Counted from the whole stretch's first letter, positions 1 to 14,012 are shown. The stretch: DNA of 63,259 nt, filler included, from Octopus bimaculoides (GCF_001194135.2; 4 parts of 3 records of this genome joined end to end with filler, not necessarily neighbours in it), one strand, 5' to 3'. Program-made: numbers and translations. The notes: generated by a model not told the origin, from the letters alone.

Positions 1-307
1 TATATATATATATATATATATATGTATATGGATGGTTACATATTTTCTTTCAAAAATGTTTACGCATATTTACTTTTATTTAAAAGCTCCTTGTAGACCT
101 GGTTTAGCAAAACAATCCAATCGAGCATAAAATCTCAACGTAAGTCAATTGTAATGAGATATCTTTTGAAGCAGTCTGATGCAGTCTGTGTCTTAATTGT
201 TTTATAATCCATTAAATATGAACCAGGATAGAAAAAAATAACACAAGTATTCGTTATAATAAACAGAAACAGGGAAGCATTAAAAATCTTTATGTTTTGT
301 TTTACAA

Positions 308-338
<31 letters not shown>

Positions 339-2442
339 CACTTATGTATCAAATTTAAATCCCGTTAGTTATCAACATGAATAAAATTTCATCCAACGTA
401 AACGAAAACAAAGTTCTTGTTTCAATTGTTATCTTGTTTATATATATTTTCAGTTCTGTGTTATGCAACTCTTCTGGTTTTCATATCTGAAGTTCATAAT
501 AATAATAATGATAATAATGATAGTAACAATAATGATAATAATAATAATAATAATAATAATAGTAGTAGTAGTAGTAGTAGTAGTAATAATAATAATGATA
601 ATAATAATTGTTATTATTATCATTAGGAAAGGGCTTATATATATGTATATATTGTTTCGAAATTATAATTTCCATGTAATAATATTTACTGTTAAGATCC
701 ATGAGAACTAAGCAAAATATTTTCATATTCTTCATTCAGTTTTATGAGAAATAAAAAAGGTACAATACAGATTTCATCACCCCTCTTACAACACATGTTC
801 ATCTTGATAAATTTTCATCATTCGAATTTCCCATTATAATTGTAAATAATTTTTAATGGGTAGATTTCTTTATTTCTTTTTTTTTTTACATTCTTTGGCG
901 TGTAAAAAATCACATCTATATGTCACAAAGATGGCGTCTCTTCATTTTACAATGGCGTTTACATTTTACTCACAACATGTAAATTACAATTTAAGTTTTT
1001 GCCATACGCGTTTGTCGCACCCGCTTTTTCTTTGGTTTGTAATTCTTTCCAATATTAATGGCATTGATATTAATATTGCGAGGCCATGATCATATTCGAA
1101 TCGGACAGAATCCATGGTCTATTTTATGTAACATTTTATGATTTTACAATGCTGTCAAAAATCATCATAATATTTCATTTAAAATAATTCTGTAAAGTTT
1201 CTTGCAAAACGAAGGTTCATTTAGAACACTAAATAGAGATAAAACACAAAGAAGCGTTTAGAAAACAAAAAGCGATCATCATCATGTAATGTTAATTTTA
1301 AATCCAACATATAATTAAAAATGTAACATAAATATGGCACAGGGACATTTACACACGCCCACGCGCACACATGCATATAAATACATATATATATATATAC
1401 GTGTGTGTTTGTATATATATATAATATATATATATACACACACATACACACATACATATATACATATACAAATATTATTTCAGAAATTGCTTATAAATAT
1501 AATAAAATATGGTGGTGCGTGCTACTACATATAAAACCTAATTGTCGATAAATGTCGATAGATATGTAGGTCTGTATGATTTACGTAGAAGTATATTCAT
1601 GACTTTATACTTGTATGGGATAATATATTGGCGTGCGAGTATACGAATTTGTATATGAATACTAATATTACTAATATATATATATATATAGATATATATA
1701 TATATATATATATGTATATGAGCGTGTGTATGTGTGTGTGTGTGTGTGCGTGCGTGCGCACGTGTGTGCGTGTATTCCTGTGTGAAAATATACAAGACAC
1801 ACTGTTTTTCATAGTAGTAGAAGAACTATAGAAGTAGATATATTTTGTGGATGATGCAAATATGAAAAGAAGAAACTGTTCCTCCTTTTACAGCATCCTG
1901 TAGCGATAGTACATCACCTTGTCAATTTTCTATGATGATTGTCACTATTTCAGCTAAGTAAATTTTATCAGTAACCATTAAATAACGAAATCTACAGCAA
2001 CTATATTAAGCGTAACAATATTATTATCAACAGTAATATTATTATCAGTTATATTCTCATTATTATAATTAGTGGTCAAAATGTTAATTGTTACATTAGT
2101 TATTGGGATAAGACTTCTTCTGTATGTAGTTCTTTGTTCAAATATTGTCTCAGTTCGCTGTAACTTAATTTGGAGAAACCTATTTCAATGATTCTCGCAG
2201 TATGAAAAGAATAGTTATTGTTTCTTTAGATATTGAACTCTGAACGTAAGAGTTACTGAGAAAAATATTCTGTGGAGTATTAAATTAATATTCCTCTCTG
2301 ATGTGCGGCACCTCTGCAGCCTTGATTTAGGGAAAAAATGAAAGAAAAGAATTATATGAAAAGGAAACAATTGGAAGCGGGATAATTTAATTACTATAAT
2401 TATTAACAATATTATTTATATATTGGATTACATTTATAAAGT

Positions 2443-2444
<2 letters not shown>

Positions 2445-2522
<78 letters not shown>

Positions 2523-2812
2523 CATAACGATAACGATAATGGTAATGATAATGATAATAACAAACAACAACGACTTCAAAAATAACACGACGGCTAAAAA
2601 CAACGGTATAGTAACAATGAAATCAATTTGTATAAGATGATGATAATAATACTAACACTAATAATAATAATCATAATAATAATAATGATGATGATGATGA
2701 TGATGATGATGATAATAAAAATAATAATGATAATAATCATAATAATGATAATAATAATAATAATAAAATTAATAATAATATTTATAATAGTTATAATAAT
2801 AATAATCTCCAC
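2445..2812. repeat. (AAT)n/(GAT)n compound microsatellite (similar tracts at 497-625, 3221-3283, 5573-5638, 8665-8781, 41740-41829, 46231-46316, 47102-47167, 63212-63259)
   Basis: Directly visible trinucleotide runs; they account for the poly-Ile/Asn/Tyr ORFs. Confidence 0.97.
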
Positions 2813-3218
2813 AATAATGGATTAGCAAAAATGATGTTTCCGTGGTAAGTAAACTATATTGCGGATATTTCAAAATTTCGGCTTCGAACGTATAAGTTTT
2901 TCCTCATCCCACTGACTCTCTTTACAGTTATTCCTATGACCAAATTATAATAATAGTGATGATGATGAAGATTATGACGATGATCAAGACGAAATCTATC
3001 AATATCATTTTTGTCATCGTGATAACAAAATTCATCATCATCATCATACATGAAAGGCTGATTGATCATCAGATCCCCATTACATATATCACTGATATAT
3101 CGACATCTTCAATACTTCCGTACTAGTTATCGTATAGATCATATTAATCAATCTATATCGTCTTTATCTTTCTAATGATGATGATCGTGATGTTCATAAT
3201 TCAGTAATTAATAAGAAA

Positions 3219-3284
<66 letters not shown>

Positions 3285-3883
3285 ATGCGTATCTATATCT
3301 GTGTGTGTTTAAGGACATGCTGAAATCCATTATGAATACTATTAGAGATATTGCATTCTTCCCCTAAACCATTTTTTTATCACTATTTGACATGTTCTAA
3401 CGTTAATAATGCCTTTTTCTAAATATACTGTGAGTGATGTCATATCTCTTCAAGCAGAAATCAGTACAACAGCGTTTCTCACTATTAGAAATATTTCTAT
3501 TCATATTAAAATATTTAAGCTTTCTAGGCATCAATATACCATACTTATACTTGTCGTCATCATAAATTTCATCAATATTATCTCTGTCATCATCATTATA
3601 AGCACCACTGTCGTTATCATCGTCACCGTCCTTCCTCTCTTCTGTCTTGTTGTATCTCATTGGTTTTTCAAATTTTACGCCACCTACATCATGCATGATT
3701 GTCATCTATATCATTTTCCTTACTGCCGTCTCCTCCCTTTCACACCTTCATGATCACGGCCGCCACCAAAACAACAGCTATTACGTCTGTCATCATCATT
3801 CTCACTATTATCATCATCATCATAATTGTCGTTGTCGTTGTCGTCACTGTCGTCATGGTCATCATCATCATCGTCATCATCCT

Positions 3884-3994
3884 TTCTTCTTCTTCTTCTT
3901 CTTCTTCTTCTTCTTCTTCTTCTTCTTCTTCTTCTTCTTCTTCTTCTTCTTCTTCTTCTTCTTCTTCTTCTTCTTCTTCTTCTTCTTCTTCTTC
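3884..3994. repeat. (TTC)n microsatellite within a degenerate (ATC/GTC)n region (about 2950-3880)
   Basis: Directly visible; accounts for the poly-F/S/L/E ORFs. Confidence 0.97.
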
Positions 3995-5570
3995 CGTTTG
4001 TATTATTTTTTCATATTTTACTTTCCATTCTAACCCATTCACAGCTATTTAAGGAATTTGTGAGATACATGTTTAAAAACCTGCCTTATATCTAGCAATA
4101 TAAAAAATTCCAATCTTTTAAAGAGCATTTTTAACTCGGATAACATACTAGAATTCTAAAATAGAGCATGAGAAAATCTTTGAAATGTACATAGAATTTG
4201 TGCATATTCCGACGTAACCCTTGTATATGTGATATGTCTGAGAGGAACTAGTTAGACCGGGTATTGATAACGCTCTACTAGAAAATCACATTCGAATATC
4301 AGTTACCTTCTCAATAAAGAGCGGGTGTTGGTAATTGGCTGCTCAAAAAACTAGCAAAATTTCCCTACCGTTCGAATGTTTTGATTCAGCCAAATCTGAC
4401 TACATACGTTACTCCACCGCAGTTAGATACATAAAGTGCTAGGTTTTGATGCAAATAGTTATATCTGCATATTGCTAAGAAATGCCTTATCTAAGATATA
4501 GTCTTGGTTCTATAGTTTTTATTCTCTTATCCACAATAACGTACCAGCCTATCCGTCAAAGTTTATCCGATTCCATTGCAACAAAAATGACTTCATGTTA
4601 TCCCTATTAGAAAATAATGCACTCCCGTTTGAGATCGTCCATTAAATATCTATTAGGTGTTTTCTATAACGTCAAATACACGCTATATAAAGCACACCTA
4701 CACATTTATATACAAACACTTATATAGATCTATGTGTACACGCTTATTACTTTCTAAAATCTCACATTTAAAGATTAAGGCTTAGGCGTTTATATCCTTT
4801 AAGGAGATTAATATGTGATACAAAGAAAACTTCAGGTTGCCTATACAGTTATGCATAGTCATAGAAATCATTCTAAGAGTATCTAACAATATTTAGTTAT
4901 TGGAATCTCAGTTTCTTTCAAAATACTGACAATTGTGATAAATATTAATATGAATAACCGTTACACTAATGACCTAATATATAGTACCAGTGGAATTACT
5001 ATTGTATGAGCATGATGACCGACAACATGTATATTATCGTTAGTTTTGTCAAAGATGATGTGGGATTCGTAACTGATGATAATATGTACTTCAGGAGAGG
5101 AAGGACGAAAGAGGAAGTATTTACGATGAAAGTAATTATAGTTGTAATCGTGTCTTCTATACTTGTAATGGTGGCGATGATGATGGCAATGCTGTTAATG
5201 TAAGAAATTAACTTGATGAAGAAGTAAATATCATTCTTAATTTAGTAATTCAGAATTTCACGTCGATGTGTACTTAAAAAGAAATAAGGAATTAGGGAAT
5301 ACAAAAAAAAGATAAAGAGAGATAAGTGGAGAGAGGGAGTGAGAAAGAGAGTGTGAAAGGGAAAGAGAGATAGAGAAGGAGAGGAAATAACATAGTTGCA
5401 AAGCGATTCTTCACCGTGTGGTTTTTCAGTTAATAATGATGTAAATTTACAGTTAAAACGATAACCTACACATTTCACTGGTACATTGTATCTATGACAC
5501 TGCTATATATATTATTGTAGTTCTATGTATATCGAGAAATGCAAACATGTTCAACACGTTCTATAAATGA

Positions 5571-5636
<66 letters not shown>

Positions 5637-6628
5637 TATCTCGTTGATTTAAATGGATTGTGTTTTATCTCCGTTTTTAACTGCTGTCTTTCTTTCACAT
5701 AACGCTTTTAAAAGAAATATAATGAAAATTGGTGAATGTGGAAACGAAAATATAATAATGATAATTAAAAAATTATTAAATTAGTTGAAAAACAAACAAT
5801 GTTCATTGTTTTCGCTCTCTCTGTAAAGTGACCTAATTTTGGCCTGTTAAATCATATTATTACTCCATTTTTTATTTACTGACATTTTATTCACAATTCT
5901 TGTTCAACATCGAAAAATGTCCATAAATTTTGAGAATTGTTTATCTTTATGAATTCATATTTTGTTTAATTCAGCGAAAAATTTTAACTTTAGTTATCTA
6001 AGTTTTACGAGCAATGATTTGTCCACTCTTAATTTTTTGTTACTTTTCAAACTTCCCACAAGTTTCCGAAGCTGTATTTTTCGTTAAATTTTAACAATCT
6101 GTTTAATATATAACAATAAACTAAAAACATGGTTAATAAAATGACATCATTGTTTCCTTCTTTCTTTTTTGAAGTTTCTTTTTTCATTGATTGAAATTTT
6201 ATAACATACGTGACCAGTAATGCTGTAACTAAAGGTGGTTCTAGTCATAGTTGGAAAGGAAACATAGAAATCAAACAACAATAACAGCAATATTAATATT
6301 AATATTAAAAAATAATTAAAAATAAACATGAGGATGATGATAGTCATAGTAATAATAATTCTAACTGTATAACATAATTATTAAGAACTATATTCATTTT
6401 GCATTCTTAACGAGTAAGAATTTGTGTGGATGCCTCATGGCTGTTTAACAAACCAAAACTTTCTCATGTTCTTGCGTATGTATTCCTTTCTTGTATACTT
6501 AAGAAGCCCAGTTTTGGTGACTGACATAAAACTTCCTCTAGCAATTTAGGTGCATTGTCCCACAATTAGACCATGAATTTATATTTTTCTTTTCATTTTT
6601 ACTCCAATAGAATTTTAAAAACATTATT

Positions 6629-6958
6629 TCAAGGTCCTTGGAAAAAAACTGTTAAAGTTACGGTTATTGTGAGTCCTAGAAATATAAGGAGAAGTACTCT
6701 GTCTATAATCAAGGCCAGCTGTTGCCATTCCTGTTTGATGAGGTCACGTCGGTCTTGCTCAGCCAGTCTCATTTCATTGCGTTCAATGGTTTGATAGACT
6801 TTTTGGAGGACACGCATGAATTGCCTTTCGAAAGTCTCGCTGGCTGTAGCCGAAGCCGATGGATTCAATTTGCGAATAAACCTTGGGGAAAGTCGGCCAT
6901 TTTCAGGAAGTTTGTCGGTATCAAAGCGTCTATAATAATCCGCTACAGGGGCTGCAGG
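6629..6958 (-). CDS. Terminal coding exon of a Cys-loop ligand-gated ion channel subunit (nicotinic acetylcholine receptor-like): end of M3-M4 loop, MA helix, M4, stop
   Basis: Translates as PAAPVADYYRRF...ERQFMRVLQKVYQTIERNEMRLAEQDRRDLIKQEWQQLALIIDRVLLLIFLGLTITVTLTVFFQGP*. EW..LA..IDR followed by a hydrophobic M4 is the nAChR-family C-terminal signature. A polypyrimidine acceptor (cttattttcttttcgtttcag|CCT, phase 0) precedes it on the minus strand; TGA at 6629-6631. Subunit identity cannot be assigned from this exon alone. Confidence 0.9.
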   Translation of the reverse strand, partial: PAAPVADYYRRFDTDKLPENGRLSPRFIRKLNPSASATASETFERQFMRVLQKVYQTIERNEMRLAEQDRRDLIKQEWQQLALIIDRVLLLIFLGLTITVTLTVFFQGP

Positions 6959-7381
6959 CTGAAACGAAAAAGAAAATAAGAACACGAATTAATACTATTC
7001 AAATTCTCTATTCACTGTAGAGAAGTAAGCTATTATTCTAAAAATGCAATATTGAGATTTTTTTGTGATATACGTAAAAATATTTAAATCTCCAAATAAC
7101 ACCCTACAATCTTCAGAGAAGATAAATTTATCAACATCGCCTCAATAAAGAATGACAAGCTGGAAAGATCATGGCGAGTACACGTAATTCTATGTAGTCG
7201 GATTAGGACTGGTATGGGCTAAAAATTGTAGTCATCATGACTAATAATGATTATTAGCCTGATTATTAATATACAGAGATAAATTTTGTTTTAGATCATT
7301 TAACATTAAAATGAACAAAGAAAATGACACAACACGCACACACACGCATACAAATGCACACATAAACACTCGCACACGCAC

Positions 7382-7456
7382 ATATATGGTCGTTCGCAGC
7401 AAACTTTCTGATAATGGAGAGGAGGACTGAACGTTCAAGTCCACGTCAACGTCTTC
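7382..7456 (-). CDS. Probable upstream 75-nt exon of the same channel gene (intracellular M3-M4 loop, EDVDVDLNVQSSSPLSESLLRTTIY)
   Basis: On the minus strand: acceptor tttttacaag|GAA, an open 25-codon frame, and donor TAT|gtgcgt in phase 0, matching the phase-0 acceptor of the terminal exon across a 423-nt intron. The peptide is low in conserved residues, so support is splice-signal and frame logic only. Confidence 0.45.
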
Positions 7457-8570
7457 CTTGTAAAAATTGTGTACTTTAATAAAAGGTATTAGATAAATTT
7501 TTAGATAATATTAAATTGGTTTTAAGTATAGCTTGGTAGAAACACACACACGTACGATCGCACATATAGCCACATACACATACACGCTCGCTCATACAGC
7601 CGCATACACACACACATACGCACATACACATACATGCTTACATACATAAAATATGAATATATATGTATATATATAAATACTATAAAACCATCAAAATCAA
7701 CAATCTCCTTATCTGTTACAAACCACAAGTTTACACAGCTAATCATACACTGAGAATACGAGTTGTTAACCAAATTCATTCCTTATTCATTCAAAAATAT
7801 CATTACGACATACAATCCCGAGTACACTTTGGTAATAAATTTTTTAATGCTAAACAGTTTTTGGCTTAATAATTTGCCGTAGCAAATTTCATGTATTCAA
7901 AACCCTGTTTTTATTTTCTACACACCAAACCTATGATTGTAACATCTAAACCTTTTAATTTAACTGAAAGCTGAAAACTTGAACATATTCCATATTAAAA
8001 CACCGTGTAATCATTCAAATAATCAGATTTTTATTCAATTCTATCGTTAAATCATCTTCACTATTATCCCAGATCTTATTATCTATGCTGAGTACATTCC
8101 ATTTATTTAATAAGGCGTACAGCGTTCTACACACGGTAAAACAATGTGCTTTTTGTTAACTTTCAACTGTTCCTAATTACATGACTTTACACGAAATACA
8201 CGAATTTTAGCTTGATGGAAAGGCATCAGACTTACTGTATGGATTAGTAACATTCATTACATACCTCAATCGTAACGTCTAGATAACTTATTTTAATAAC
8301 ATTCTTAACATTTTACTGGCTTCTAAATCCCTATTATTTACACTCGAATAATGAAACATGAGGAACGGATAAATCCTCAGTATATCTAGATACATTAATT
8401 TTCCTAACCAAACCTGTTTCCTCTTTTGTGATCCTTTTAGAAAATTAAACCACATACTATGCTAAATAAGATGCGTTAAAGGAGGACTACAGTTAGCCAC
8501 TCTACTTGGCGTTGCTTCTAAACTGTTTAAAAATTTGTATGTAAACGAAACATACGCATTACACTTAGTA

Positions 8571-8643
<73 letters not shown>

Positions 8644-8685
8644 CATGAATACTTTCCACTTTTATAATAATAATAATAAAAATAA

Positions 8686-8716
<31 letters not shown>

Positions 8717-8720
8717 AATG

Positions 8721-8782
<62 letters not shown>

Positions 8783-9110
8783 ATACTCATTGTATCTAAT
8801 ATTAGATGGGAATGCTTCCTCATTATTAATTAATTACACATATATTTATTACCAAATATCAAATCATTTGTATATATACATACATATATATNNNNNNNNN
8901 NNNNNNNNNNNNNNNNNNNNNNNNNNNNNNNNNNNNNNNNNNNNNNNNNNNNNNNNNNNNNNNNNNNNNNNNNNNNNNNNNNNNNNNNNNNNNNNNNNNN
9001 NNNNNNNNNNNNNNNNNNNNNNNNNNNNNNNNNNNNNNNNNNNNNNNNNNNNNNNNNNNNNNNNNNNNNNNNNNNNNNNNNNNNNNNNNNNNNNNNNNNN
9101 NNNNNNNNNN

Positions 9111-9143
<33 letters not shown>

Positions 9144-11399
9144 TATATGCATATGTATGCGTGTATGTATGTATGTATGTATATATGTGCATGTGTCCGT
9201 ATTTGCCTCTCTGTATCGGTGCGTGTTTTTATGTCTATTTAAACGGTGTTTGTCTCAGAGATATCGATACAAAGTATATATCATCTATCTCTATGTCTAC
9301 GTTAGGATAATATTATGAATTATACGGCCCCGTTAGTCTGTCGTAGTTACTTCACTAAAAGTACAGCGTAATGTCACAATTATCCCGTGTCTACTCGTAA
9401 TGATAACGCTTTTTGATAACATACATGTAACCATAAGAAGAGATATCCTTTGCACCATGGTAACGAGTGTCTCGAAGTGGACAGAATAATTCTACTCCAA
9501 AAAGCCTGTTGCTTCTTAAGTATATATAGTAATCTCGGGAAAGTAATATGCAATACAATTTATGACATCTCATTGTTATTTTTATTGTTTGCCAGCGTTA
9601 AGTGACTGAAACTAGTATAAGAGTGAAATAATATTACTGGATAAGTCTGAAAAGCATTATATTTATTATATATTGTTCATTATCTTCTTATAAGTATTCG
9701 TAATACCTTTTAATTTACGCGTACTGTTTACAGGATATCGCAGTTATTCAACTCGCTAAGTGTTTGCCTATTGGTAAAAGAAATATACACATGCTTCGTA
9801 TGATTATAAATACTTTAAAAATTGGCGAACGATTTTTAGTAGATATTATTCACTTGAAATAAAACATAAAATTCCAATAGATTTCAAACTGAAAATCATT
9901 TTTTTGTATTCTTATAGGTTGACAAAAACTTAGAGTCGATCATAATATCTTATTGGGATGAAAACACTTTTTTGAATTAAATTGGTAACTCATTCTACAA
10001 CGACAGTTGTTCTTAAAACGAGACTTTGATAATCTATATTGTATTTACATGTAAAATACAAAATAAAAAAAACATTTTAAAGCTATAAAAATATTTTACT
10101 GAGAAGAAATAACGCTTCAGTTCAAATTATAACATTGTTAAAATGTAGTTTTTCAAGGATATGTATAGAAAAGTAAATGCATAGACTATGTTATACTACA
10201 AAAATATCACACAATGTGCAAGAATATAGTTTATACACCTAATATTTTAATATTTGTTATATCATCTGTGTATTTAAAGAAATTCCAATTAAGCTATGGT
10301 GTGACACTGAACATCGAACAGCTCAGATCCATCAACAATATGCCTTGCATAACCTAACATTTACGTATAAGAATATATCATCATTTAAAAATATCTTTTC
10401 TTTTTAAAGAACTAGGGTCAACACTTACACGAAATGTACAAAAAATTCTGGATATTTTTAGTCAAAAAGATAAGTAGTTGACATTAATTTGAGAACAGTT
10501 TTTACTCAAGCATATGTACGTAAGAGGATTGGCGAAGTTACTTTAGTCGATTTCATTTGACGTTGTCTATTTTATGTAGCTCATCAAGTAAATGCCGATG
10601 AATAATTTTGACATACTGAGAGTGAGTAGTTTAATAGAGGTAAATGAGAGATATTCTAAGGAATGAAAGAAGATGGAGAAGAGGCATGAGAGAGAAGAAG
10701 GTGAAGCAAAAATATGAACTAACTTGAAAATGGAAGACATCATAATGCATTTGGGTTTGCGAGAAAATGATAAAAACGACTAAACAAAGATAATGGAAAT
10801 AACATAAGTGAATGAAAGAAATGAACAAAGGTTGTAAGTAAGAGAAGTGTCTCGAATGTAAATGTAGTCATTAAGAAAAAAAGAAAGAAAATTATTATGT
10901 TGTGATTGCGAAGTTAGAGAAGAGAATGTATAGTGGCAATAAAAAAGTAGTGAAGAAGCTGACAATATACGTCAGTTTAAAGAAGTGCAATTAGAAGACA
11001 TTTACATCGAATAAAGAACTGAGAGACTATTATTTTCTCCCTGATAAGGATCTGGTTTGAAAGAAGAAATATGCTGCGATTTCATTTGAACATTAATGCA
11101 GTAGACGCGTTACGTTTCTTTAGTTTTATTTTCGCTTTTATGCTATTGCATTATATCAAGCGACAATTTGTTTTGGCATTTGATGTTCAAGTGCCAAAAG
11201 AAGAATAATGTTGACATAGATAAATCTAACAACTTTAAGAGTACAAGTTAAAGCGTGGCTATCATCTGATTCTTGACTGTAAGTATTTTGCCTTGCACAC
11301 GTCGCTATATTAATTGAGAAAGGATTGACATAAGTAATATACTTATTTCAAAAAAGATATTGCATATACAGAGATTATTAATAACATTAGTAGAACGAA

Positions 11400-12757
11400 A
11401 AAAACCCTCCTGGGCATTCTAAAGTCTGCAACCTAGAAATTAAGATTAGTTGTGTGAATTTTTTTGAAAATATGGACAATGCAGATTGAACTCAACTAGC
11501 GGGCACTGTGGAGTTGTTATATTTATAAGAAATTAAATGTGGTACGAAGAGGATTGAGGTAGCGGAGGTAGAGGAAATTGAGGAATGCCTAAATGAAATT
11601 AAAGAGGTAACAACGTTTTACGCGAGAGGCAAGAAATATGGTATAGTGGTGGTGCGTTTTAAGAGTGAAGAAGAGGTGAAGTGGTATTCCACTGTATTCC
11701 TGAGAACACATAAGTGGGCACTTCTACCTATATACTGCGGCTGAAGAGCAGCAAGAATAAGGATAGGAAGAGTGCCCCCGGAGATAGATGAAGAATGGAT
11801 AGTAGCAGCAATAATCTTTAATTGCAAGGAGGAGGTGGAAATTGTCAAAGTAGAAAAATCAAAGGAGATCAACTGGTGGGGTTTTGGGTTACAAATTTTA
11901 ACCCATATAACTCTACCAGATCTACACAATATTGCGGAGGAGTTGGTGCTCCCCGATGACACCCGACTGAGAGTCGTGGTAGATGGAGGCCACCCGTGTG
12001 CTATAAATTCAGAAGTAGGGGACACATGCAGGCAAAGTGTCCCCTAAGAGAAGTACAGGTGGAGGAAGCAGTAGCAAGTGAGGAAGAAGCAGTGGAAGAA
12101 GAAATAAGGGAAGAGGAAAAAAGGTTGAGGAAACTGCAGCAGAGAGAAAGAGAGCACGAATAGAATCGCCGCCAAAAGACCCTAAAAAAACACAAAGGGA
12201 AAAAGAAAACAGCGGAGGAAAAGGAAACCATAGAGGAAACCATAGACGAGCGAACTCAAGAATCTGAGAATGTATATAAATATATAAGAGATCCAGCAAA
12301 AGCGGTGAAAATTGATGAGTGGGAGGTGAGAGTGCAACAGAAGACGGAATATGTATGGCTAAATGAAAATTCTAAAGGAAGAAATTTGAGAACGATAATG
12401 TATTATGCTAAGGAGATGGAGATAGAGAAGTGGATATCTAAAATAAAAGGGTTAGTAAGAGTGAAATTGGACCCGGAGATATTTGAAGAATATGAAAAAG
12501 CAGTACTGGTAGAGATGGATAAAGTGAAGTTTAAAGAGTTGTTCCCTGGAAAAATTACAGCGAGTGGATTATATATACGTTACGAGAATCTGCCCAATGT
12601 TGTTACAACAGAGGATCTGATGGAACATATAACAAACATTAAAAACTGTAAATATTTCATTCATACTTATCATTCGTTATATGTACCCCACGTTTTGTGT
12701 TGTCTGTCCTTGTAATATGCACTCTATGTTAGGGCTTTTTGCCCAAATAAAGATAGT
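11400..12757 (+). mobile_element. ORF1-only retroelement-like unit 1 (5'-truncated, decayed) of a tandem array
   Basis: Across stops and frameshifts it reads KRIEVAEVEEIEECLNEIKEVTTFYARGKKYGIVVVRF...WALLPIYCG*RAARIRIGRVPPEIDEEWIVAA...ELVLPDDTRLRVVVDG/RPPVCYKFRSRGHMQAKCP (degenerate CCHC, 11999-12040). An E/K-rich linker follows, then a C-terminal domain (12305-12650), a conserved 3' block and AATAAA at 12746-12751. No RT or EN. Confidence 0.8.
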
Positions 12758-14012
12758 AGTTGCGCAGAGATTTTTCTGAGTTGGCGTTGGTGATTTTGAT
12801 TGGAGGAGAGCGTTGCGTGCGGTGAGTGGATTATTTGTGCATTGTTGAAAATTGTTGAAGAATATTGTTATTGTCTATTGTTGAACGATTTTGAAAATTT
12901 GTTATTGATACCCATTGATTGGGGATGGCAGCTGGAAGCTACGCGGCGGCAGCAGGCAAAATCCTGCCTGCCGACGCAATGCAGAAGACTGAAGTTAAAA
13001 TTGACATAAACAAAGTGAAGTAGCATAGGAAATTGATTGTAAAGGAGGGAGATTGCCTTCGGGTGACACCGCCGAAAGAAGCCACGTAACGAGCGGAGAA
13101 GAAAATAATATTGTACAGAACACTAAACGTTGAAAGCAAAAAAAAAAAAAAGAAAAAAATAGAGGTAGTGGCAACGGAAGACAGAAGAATGTCTCAGTCA
13201 AGTGAAGGAGATGACGACCTTCTACGCAAGAAGGAGGAAATACGGGACAGTGAAGGTGCGATTTAGAAGCGAAGAAGATGTGGCCTTGAGAACAACAAGG
13301 TGGGCACTCTTGACAACCTACTGCGGGAAACGTGCCGCAAGGATAAGAATAGACAAAAAAGCCCCAAGAAAAAGAAAGGAAAAAGGAATGCAGCTGAGAA
13401 TAAAGAAAGTACAGAGAAGCGAACTTCAGAACCCGAGGAAGCAGAGATTAACATAAAAATGTAGCAAGAATGCAGAGAATTATGGAGAGGGAAGGAATAC
13501 TGTAGAAGCAGTTAGAGCATGTGGTGAGAACAGGAAGACCTAAGGGAAGTAAATTGAGAACGTTGATGTTCTACCAAAACGAAATGGAAATAGAGAAGAA
13601 GATAGTGAAGAGCAAAGGTTTAATAAGAGTAAACTTGGACACAGAGATGTTTGAGGCAATCAAAGAGCAGTGCTGGTGGAGAAGGATAGACTGGAGAAGT
13701 TGATAGAGTTGTTTCCGGATAAAATTACAAACCCTCAAATATATGTTCGGCACCAAAAATCTGTCGAACGTAATTGGTTTGGAGGATCTGACCGAATATA
13801 TAACAGATGAAAACGGCAACTGATAATAAACTGTATAAATAGAACTGTAAAATGAAGCTGGGAGTTTTGGGGGACTCGAAAGCCATTTCATCCTTTCATT
13901 ATAGATACTCCATTTCATACTCAACATTCCATATATGTACCCATGTTTTGGGTTGTCTGTCCTTGCATTGTCCCTTCTTTGTTAAGGCTACATGCCTGTA
14001 ATAAAGATTCAT
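12758..14012 (+). mobile_element. ORF1-only unit 2 (internal deletion removes second RRM-like region and zinc knuckle)
   Basis: Starts AGTTG; ATG at 12925 gives MAAGSYAAAAGK (SYA-type LINE ORF1 N-terminus). Continues RRKYGTVKVRFRSEED..WALLTTYCGKRAARIRID, jumps to the K/E-rich linker, then the C-terminal domain (KLRTLMFYQNEMEIEKKIVKSKGLIRVNLD..ELFPDKI). Same 3' block; AATAAA at 14000-14005. Confidence 0.8.

Noticed and set aside
3403-3705. 100-aa Asp-rich minus ORF ending EKRCCTDFCLKRYD, superficially like an insulin A-chain or peptide precursor
   Set aside because: It lies in degenerate (GAT/GAC)n sequence with a stop directly upstream in frame, has no signal peptide, and lacks the final A-chain cysteine.
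10620-11040. Purine-rich plus-strand stretch that might be a fourth, older array unit
   Set aside because: Only compositional resemblance; the conserved 3' block and junction motif are absent and no convincing peptide alignment was found.
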